This document shows, piece by piece, positions 37,090 through 45,700 of a stretch of DNA of 46,115 bases. The notes beneath the pieces are model-generated. The model had not been told where the DNA came from and made no database searches. It worked only from the letters and a program-made list of their open reading frames with translations. The DNA is from Bacteroidales bacterium. Its GTDB lineage: Bacteria > Bacteroidota > Bacteroidia > Bacteroidales > M50B96. The first letter of the stretch is position 1, and the number at the start of each line of letters is the position of its first letter. The DNA lies in contig JBFHES010000003.1 of assembly GCA_041584015.1 (NCBI GenBank), positions 1 through 46,115 on the forward strand. The letters are read 5' to 3'. Made by a program: the position numbers and the translations under genes.

Positions 37090-37935
37090 ATGAAAACATC
37101 AAATATATTTTTCTTAATAATAATTGCGCTGGTTTTCAATGCATGTACAGAGCGCTTTGATATTGAACTGGACGATCAGCAATATGCCAAACTTGTAGTT
37201 GATGGCAGTCTGACAAGTGATACCACAACACAGATAATTAAGTTGAAGAAAACATCTAATTACTTTGAAAATGAGAAAGCACAGCTTGTTAGTGGTGCCG
37301 AAGTGTACGTAAGTTCAAGCATTGGCGACACAATTATATTCTTTGAGAATGCAACAAGCGGATATTATGAATCCGGCAACAACGTTTATGGCATAAGCGA
37401 TATAAGCTACAAACTACATATTCATCTTGCACAAGAAATTGGTGGATCACTTAATTACGAATCGCAGGAACAACTTATGAATCCGGTTGCTAAACTTGAT
37501 TCAATAGGACTAGCATATTATGAAGAGTGGGGCAACATATGGGAGATTCAGGTTTATGCCTATGATCCGCCTCGTAAGGATTTTTATTTATTCAGAGCCC
37601 TGATTAACGATACATTAGTTACGGATACCATTCATGAATATTTTGTTCAAAGTGATGATTTCTTTAATGGAAACTACACGAATGGCGTCGGCAGCCAATA
37701 TCTAGATGCCAACAAAGCCGAGCAATATATTGAGCCAGGAGATAAGATAACGTTCGAAATAAGCGGAATAAACGAATCCTATTATGATTACGTTACCAAT
37801 GCGCAGCTTGAGTTAATGGGGCAAAACCCGATGTTCAGTGGGCCACCAGCTAATTTAATTGGCAACATCAACAATGGCGCTTTGGGATACTTTGCTGTAT
37901 ATGCTTCAGAGCGATCATCTGTAATTTTAGAATAA
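37090..37935 (+). CDS. DUF4249-type lipoprotein, partner of the TBDR
   Basis: Lipobox FNAC, KLVVDG, and C-terminal PPANLIGNI..GALGYF; 4 nt downstream of the TBDR. Confidence 0.85.
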   Translation: MKTSNIFFLIIIALVFNACTERFDIELDDQQYAKLVVDGSLTSDTTTQIIKLKKTSNYFENEKAQLVSGAEVYVSSSIGDTIIFFENATSGYYESGNNVYGISDISYKLHIHLAQEIGGSLNYESQEQLMNPVAKLDSIGLAYYEEWGNIWEIQVYAYDPPRKDFYLFRALINDTLVTDTIHEYFVQSDDFFNGNYTNGVGSQYLDANKAEQYIEPGDKITFEISGINESYYDYVTNAQLELMGQNPMFSGPPANLIGNINNGALGYFAVYASERSSVILE

Positions 37936-37956
37936 ATCTGAGAGGGGTTTCAGATC

Positions 37957-38003
37957 AGTTCCAGGGAGGATGCTCCGTTGTCCCTCCTGGAACTTTATTT
38001 TTT
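37957..38003 (+). terminator. Intrinsic terminator after the OMP-TBDR-DUF4249 unit
   Basis: AGTTCCAGG...CCTGGAACT stem followed by TTATTTTTT. Confidence 0.75.
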
Positions 38004-38038
38004 CAATTCCACTCATCGGTTTATCTTTGTGCATGCAT

Positions 38039-38836
38039 ATGTACAGATACATCTACAAATTAATATTCCTCTTTGCTTTGGTATTCAGTCTTGGCTGCTC
38101 AGGAAATCAGCATGATAACACCCAATCGAAAGCACCTGATAAAGAAAAAACTGTAAAGAAGAAACAAAAGAAGAAGACAGCTGCTCCAAAGAAGAAAAAA
38201 ACAGGTCCGACCGAAAGTAACGCGCTAGAATTTTTCAAGGCTTACGGTAAAAAAAATCCAGAAAACATTGTGCAGTTAAGCACCAAATTTGGCAATATAA
38301 AGCTCAGGCTTTTTGATGATACGCCTATACACAGAGCCAATTTTATTTATCTGATTAAAAATGAATTTTATGAAAATACAGAGTTCTATCGTGTTGTAGA
38401 CGATTTTATGATTCAAGGCGGTAAAACCGATAATCAGGATGTTAAGAACAAACAACGCAAATTTGGCCGATACACATTGCCTGCCGAGTTTAGCGAAAAA
38501 CATTTTCATGAACGAGGAGCCTTGGCCATGAGTCGTGGCTACGACAATAACCCTGACCGACGCTCCTCTCCTTTCGATTTCTATATAATTCAAGGTGGAT
38601 TACTTACCGAATTTCAACTGAATGCCATTGCCAACAGCGAGCAAATTAAAATAAGCAAGGCTAAGCGTGAGGTTTACAAAAGCAAAGGAGGCGCTCCTCA
38701 TTTAGATAATTCTCATACAGTATTTGGTGAAGTGATAGAGGGAATGGCTGTAGTAGACTCCATTGCTAAAGTGCGATGCGACGGAGGCGACTGGCCAATT
38801 AACTCGGTTAAAATAAACATGAAAGTACTTGAATGA
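38039..38836 (+). CDS. Cyclophilin-type peptidyl-prolyl isomerase, lipoprotein
   Basis: Start moved to ATG 38039 (alternative 38033). Lipobox SLGC, Lys-rich linker, FYRVVDDFMIQGG and HLDNSHTVFGEV. TATCTTTG promoter at 38022-38029. Confidence 0.92.
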   Translation: MYRYIYKLIFLFALVFSLGCSGNQHDNTQSKAPDKEKTVKKKQKKKTAAPKKKKTGPTESNALEFFKAYGKKNPENIVQLSTKFGNIKLRLFDDTPIHRANFIYLIKNEFYENTEFYRVVDDFMIQGGKTDNQDVKNKQRKFGRYTLPAEFSEKHFHERGALAMSRGYDNNPDRRSSPFDFYIIQGGLLTEFQLNAIANSEQIKISKAKREVYKSKGGAPHLDNSHTVFGEVIEGMAVVDSIAKVRCDGGDWPINSVKINMKVLE

Positions 38837-38928
38837 AATTATTATATGTTTAGAGGCATTATTGACGCTGATTTTAATTTATTCTTTAAATTTGAAACAA
38901 AATATTGCATAACACAAAAACACGAGAT

Positions 38929-39429
38929 ATGGAAGAATCAAAAACAATGGAAATCCTTAAAACAGCAATTTTGCTGGAAAGAAAAGGAAAAGCATTTTAT
39001 TCTAATGTGGCTGACAAAGCTGATGATGCTGATGTAAAGGAATTCTTTCAGCACATGGCTGACGAAGAAGATGATCATATTAAGTTCTTAACCGAACAAT
39101 TTGCACATTATACCCAAAACAAAAAGTTCAAAGAAACCGAGGTACCTAAAGATGAAGATACCACCACGGAACAAATTTTATCTGAAAAGGTAAAGAAGCA
39201 GATTAATGCGGCAAGCTTTGAGGCGGCGGCCATTTCTGCTGCTATCGATTTTGAGACTAGAGCTGTAAAGGTTTACTCAGATAGAGCTGAAAGTGCTACA
39301 GATCCTGAAGAGAAGCAATTTTATCAGTTTCTTGCTGATTGGGAAAAAGGACATCACAAATTATTAAATGAAATAGATAAAGAAGTACGTGAGAAAGTAT
39401 GGTTCGACAATAATTTCTGGCCATTCTAG
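38929..39429 (+). CDS. Rubrerythrin/ferritin-like di-iron protein (no rubredoxin domain)
   Basis: Two E...Y...EXXH halves (LLERKGKAFY...EEDDH; FETRAVKVY...WEKGH), ending WFDNNFWPF. ATG 38929; TAAATTTG promoter at 38887. Confidence 0.85.
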   Translation: MEESKTMEILKTAILLERKGKAFYSNVADKADDADVKEFFQHMADEEDDHIKFLTEQFAHYTQNKKFKETEVPKDEDTTTEQILSEKVKKQINAASFEAAAISAAIDFETRAVKVYSDRAESATDPEEKQFYQFLADWEKGHHKLLNEIDKEVREKVWFDNNFWPF

Positions 39430-39446
39430 TTTTATTTATCATTCTA

Positions 39447-39487
39447 TAAAAAGAGGTTTCATTCTGTTGTAATGAAACCTCTTTTTA
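39447..39487. terminator. Bidirectional intrinsic terminator
   Basis: TAAAAAGAGGTTTCATT-ctgttgt-AATGAAACCTCTTTTTA. Confidence 0.9.
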
Positions 39488-39636
39488 AATTATAAACATC
39501 CCATTCCTCCCCGCCTGCACACCCCATATTCAATTTACCCATTTCACTTCTTGTGCATATCTAAATTGTGCATCATGGCTTAAATAAGTTATCCTTAGAT
39601 TTATACTTAAAGCATTTGTAAAACTGAAAAAAATAC

Positions 39637-39667
39637 TTGACACAGGGGAGTTATTTAGGTAAATTTG
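39637..39667 (+). promoter_or_regulatory. Promoter for the giant surface protein (TTGA -33 / TAAATTTG -7)
   Basis: TTG at 39637 and an exact TAnnTTTG at 39660-39667, implying a ~90-nt leader. Confidence 0.6.
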
Positions 39668-39761
39668 TTTAGAAGCAAAATCAGACTCACCTCAACGGAG
39701 TGTTAGGTAGCGTACCAAACGCTCAGCTACATATAACAAGCGTTTATAAAAATATACTACC

Positions 39762-42700
39762 ATGAAGAAACTAATTGCATTTTTGATTGCCGCATTTTTT
39801 GCATTAAGCTCTTATGCTCAAGTGCCCGACTACTTATTACCAATCGAATTTCCTGATCCGCTGGGATGTAATATTCCCGTCGTAGAAAACGGAATTCCGC
39901 TAATGGTTGTATCAACAACCATTGAGGACTGTTCGGCTGGTTCGTGTGATTACTTTAAAGACTTTGACCAACTATGGATGTGGGCAGCTCGTTTAAGCGG
40001 TGACCTAAGCATCATTCCTGTAATTCATAGAATTGAACTAGATGTTTATGATAATTGTGGAACAGGATGTACCATGGCCTTCCTTTACGACTTTGTCGGA
40101 TTGCCCATTGCAACGGCTTCCAATACAGGAGTAGGTATTGAGACATTAACACTTCAACCTACAACGGCACAAGCATGTAGCGAATTTGCTGTTTCTTCTT
40201 GCGAAGGAGCTGTTCTCGAAGTACGTATTTACATGACGGGGACAACGCCACTTTCGATCGATGGAGATGTCACCTATGCCGGTGCTCCCGGCGAATGCTT
40301 TGGCGAAATAGATCTTAGCATTTCAGGCGGTACACCTCCCTACAGTATTCTATGGAGCAATACGGCAGTTAGTGAAGACCTTACTTCGCTTTGTCCTGGG
40401 ACTTATTCAGTTACCGTTACAGATGCCAATAATTATAATGTTGACTCCTTCTTTGATGTCTTTTTTGATATAGAACTAAATCCCACGCTAACGCACCCCA
40501 CAGGTGCAGGTCTATGCGATGGAGCCATTACTATTACTCCAACAGGAGGACTTCCGCCATATACTTATATTTGGGGCGATGGATGGATCTTCCCTAATCC
40601 AACCGGACTTTGTGAGGGAACATATAATGTAACCGTTACCGATGCCACAGGTTATCAGGTTGATTCTTTCTTTGATATTTTCTTTCAATCTGTAAATCCT
40701 CCATCAACAATACTTCCTCTTAATTTTCCTGATCCGCTGGGATGTAACATTCCGGTCATTGAAAATGGTGTTCAATTAACAATCGTTCCAACAACAGCAG
40801 AAGATTGCACCGCTGGTGCATGTTCTTTTGCCAAAGATCCGGGTCAGCTTTGGTTATGGCCAGGGCGTTTAGTTGGTGATCTTTCGTTAATGCCTCCAAT
40901 AGAAAAAGTAGAGATTGATATAGTTGATTACTGTGGAATTGGTTGCACAATGGCCTACCTGTACGACATGTCAGGTATGATTATTGCCAGCGACATGAAC
41001 GCGGCTACAGGAAGTCAAACGCTGATTCTTATGCCTTCATCACCAATACAAGCAAGCCAATTTGCCGTTTCATCCTGCGAAGGTGTAATTACGGAAGTGC
41101 GCATATACACAGGACTCCCACAACTATCCATTCAAGGTGTTGTGAGTAATGCCAGTTCAGCATCCAGTTGCGATGGTTCGGTTGCCCTTACCGTTATGAA
41201 CGGAACACCACCCTACTCATTCCTCTGGAGCAATCAATCAACAATGCCCGATCTAATGGGTGTTTGCCCCGGAACATATTCTGTGACCGTGATAGATGCT
41301 GTCGGAGAAATGGCAGATTCTTTCTTTGATGTATATTTTGAAATATCTATAACTGGAGCGTGCTGTTTACCCGATGGTTCATGCATTGCCGCAAGCGAGT
41401 CCGACTGTGCGGCAGCTGGTGGCACATTTGAAGGATTAGGTACAGACTGCGCAACCGTTAATTGTTGGAGCAATACCAATGACTTTAGCCTTGCACTCGA
41501 CCAACAAGGATTCCCACTCACAGGAGGTGGCTCTGCCTATTTTGACGATCCAAGTTACCCGAGTGATTTTAGTGGGTGGTATTATTACCCAAACACCAAC
41601 TGGTGGAACATTTGGTTTTACGATCATCCCTTCGACCCAAGCAAACATAAAATAATTACCATTGAATTCGATTTAGCATATGTTAATCCTGGCGCTCCGG
41701 CTTACCTCGATTTTGCAGTAAACTGGTCGACGCCTCAATGGGATCCCCCTTTAGTTGATGTACCACCGTTACCAACTCTTGTAGGACCAAATGAAGCGTT
41801 ATACATCATGCGTCCAACATTGCAACTTTGGAACGGCTCATTAGAGGCAGGTCATCATGAGTTTTGTTACGTTATACCTGACTACTGCCCTGAGTGGGTT
41901 TCAATCGACGTACAAGGATTTAACTTCAACATCACCAATGGTATCATTACGCATGAATGCGTTGATGCTGCTCCTCCAAGTGAAGGACGCTGCTGTTACC
42001 CGGATCCGACAGGAGTTTTGATATGTGATGAAAATTATGAATGTGAGTGCACACTACTGGGAGGACAATGGAATCCACTACTCGATTGCACAACTCCTTG
42101 TGCCACTGTGCTGGGAGCTTGTTGTCTTCAGGATAATACATGTGTAGAAGTTGAACAAAATATATGTAGTGTACTTGGAGGTGTTTATCAAGGAGATAAT
42201 ACCACCTGTTCCACAACGATTTGTAGTCCTATTGGTCGCTGCTGTATTCCTGACCCGACGGGCAGTCCTTCATCCTGCATGGATATAACACAACAAGAAT
42301 GCTTACAAATGAGCGGTTTCTGGGATGCCACACTTGATTGTACCAACGACCCATGTATTACTCCTATTGGCGCTTGCTGCTACACCGACGGCACCTGTCA
42401 GGACATGGATCAGGCATCTTGTCTTCAGAATGGAGGTATCTATCAAGGTGATGCAACCAGTTGTAATTCTGTAACATGCTCGCCATCCATTGATGGTGCC
42501 TGCTGTATGCCGGATGGTACATGTATTAATCTTGATGCGGTAACCTGCCTACAAAGCGGAGGTAATTTCCAGGGAATAGGAACACTTTGCGCTCAGGCTA
42601 ATTGTCCACCAGCAACCGAATCATGTTGTATGCCAGATGGTACATGTCAGGACCTCACACCTGCAGATTGTGCAAATGCCGGAGGTGTTTCCGGAGGTAT

Positions 42701-45700
42701 AGGAACTTCATGTACAAGCACGGTATGCCCAACAATTGGCGCTTGTTGTTTACCAAATGATGCATGTCAAAACACAACGGAAACTCAATGCTTAGGATTG
42801 GGTGGTTTGTATATGGGCGATGGTACTGACTGTGCAACAAACCCATGTCCGCAGGAGAACCTCTTCTGGATAACTGTTAATGAAGCTGGATTGATTGATC
42901 CTGATCCGCTTAATTCAGGCGGTACTGAATTCTTCCCATCTGGAACCAATGGTTGGGTTGAATACCCAAGCGAATGGTTTAATATTTGGTTTTACGATCA
43001 TCCATTCGACGATACGCGTTGGAAAGAAATACATGTTACATTCACTGTGGCAGCCTTTAATCCACAATTGCCATCAGAGTTTATCTTTGCCATTAACTGG
43101 GCCACGCCTGAATGGAGCCTTGGACCAAATGCAACTACTGGCCCACCTATACCAATATTTACGCCTACACTTGCCGATGAAGCCCTCTACATTGAACGTC
43201 CGGCATTAATTAACATCAATGGAATGCTTCCTACACAATTTTATGATTTATGCTTGTACATCCCTAACTATAATCCTGAATGGGTTTCAATTGATGTGAT
43301 GGGATCTAATTTTGTGATCGATAACGGATACATGTACCATGCTTGTTTACCTGGTCCACCACCAATGATTGGTAGTGTTTCTTCCAGTGTAATTGAGATT
43401 TGCGAAGGTGATTGTGCCACACCAACCGCTCTTGGTGGCTTTACTTACGAATGGAGTACCGGAGCAACAACACCGGGTATCTCAGTTTGTCCTATTGCAA
43501 ATACAACCTACACGGTTACCATCAGCGATATAAATGGTTGCATGATCATAGAAACAGTTGATGTAATCGTTCATCCTAACCCAAGCGTCACACTTGACTG
43601 TTATAACATCACTTGCTTTGGTTATAATGATGGATCGATAAATGCTAACGCATCTGGCGGGTCTCCAGGCTATAGCTTTCAGTGGAGCAACGGTGGAAGC
43701 GGATCGACAATAAGCGGACTACCTCCAGCAACATATACTGTCACCGTAACTGATGCTTTTGGATGTACTGCAACAGCTTCGTGCAACATAAATGAACCAT
43801 CGGCAATCACATTCCCATATATTAGCTTGGTAACACCTACCTGCTATGGTGATCAGGATGGAGCTATATCTGTGACTGTTAACGGAGGCACACCTGGGTA
43901 TACATATGCATGGAGCTCAGGTGCAACAACACAGCACTTAATTGGAATTGGCGCTGGTACTTATACATTGACAGTAACCGATGCTAATGGCTGCACTGAA
44001 ACAGCGACTATTACTCTTACAGAACCATCCGCACTTAACCTCTCACTGGTGTGCAAAGACATTACTTGCTTTGGTGATAATGATGGCTCAATTGTATCAA
44101 ACATCTCCGGAGGTACCGCTGGCTATAGCTACTCTTGGACAGGAGGTTCCACAGGGTCCATGTTGCTTGGATTAGCGCCGGGCACCTATACAGTAACGGC
44201 CACAGATGCGAGGGGTTGTACAGCAACAGCTTCATGCACCATCTCGGAGCCGCCACTATTAACCGTAAACCTCACTTGTACCGATATTTCTTGTCACGGA
44301 TACATGGATGGAACCATCAGTGTCGGAGCTTCAGGTGGAACCGGAACATTAAGCTATAATTGGTCCAGCGGACATACAACCGGAACTATTAATAATCTTG
44401 GTGCTGGTATTTACAGTGTTACTGTAACTGATGCCAATGGATGCACAGCTTCTGCTTCCTGCAATATCATTGATCCACCTCTATTAGTGGTAAGTCTGAT
44501 TTGTACGGATGTTAGTTGTTACGGCTACAATGATGGACAAATTTTGGCATTGACCAGCGGAGGAACTGCACCTCTCACCTACAGCTGGACACCAGCCGGC
44601 AATTTTGGAACTTCATTAACAGGACTGGCTCCAGGTAATTACACAATTCATGTCGTAGATGCCAATGGATGCACGGCAACAGCTAGCTGTACAATTAATG
44701 AACCTCCAGCCATAAATATTAATATTCAATGCACTGATGCAAGCTGCTATAGCTATCTCGATGGCTCTGTTGTAGCGTCAGCTAATGGAGGCACAGGTGC
44801 ATTAAACTACTCATGGTCTGTTCCGGGAGTTGGCGGAACAACACTTAACAATGTAGGAGCTGGCACTTATACAGTTACGGTTACAGATTCCCAAGGCTGC
44901 ACTGAAACAGCATCTTGTACAGTAAATGAACCACCGCTCTTATCAATCACAGCAATCTGTTTTGATATCAGCTCAAGCGGAGCCAATGACGGTAGTGTAA
45001 GCACTATCACGAATGGAGGTACACCACCATACGCCTATAACTGGTCTATTGGTAATTTTAATGTACCTACAATTAATAACCTTGGACCAGGAGTATACAC
45101 TGTTACGGTTACTGATGCCAATGGATGTACTGCTAGTCATTCATGTACTATTTTTGGTGGTTCTACACTAAATGTAATTGTTGCATGTACACCTGTAAGC
45201 TGCTATGGTTATCAGGATGGATCTGTGTTGGCCACTCCTGTTGGAGGTGTGGCACCTTTCTCTTATGCATGGTCGCCAGGTATTGGTACAGCCGCATTCC
45301 AGTCTAACTTAGTAGCCGGGACTTACGTGGTAACGGTTACAGATGGATCCGGTGCGAGTGCTGTTGGCTCTTGTACCGTTGGATCTCCTGCTCAGGTAGC
45401 TATATCACTCAATTGCTCAAACATACTCTGTCAGGGTGATCAGGATGGGTCAATAGTAGCGTCAGTTAGTGGTGCAATTAATCCGGTAGCATATAGTTGG
45501 TCCTCAGGGCAAACCACATCAACCATAAGTAACCTTGCCCCTGGAACGTACACACTCACTGTTACAGATAATAATGGTTGTACGGCTACAGCACAATGCA
45601 CGTTAACCGAACCGTCCGCCCTCTCATTGTCCGTTACTACTTTCGATGTTTTATGCCATGGTGATGCTGATGGTATGGCCAATGCAATTGTAAACGGAGG

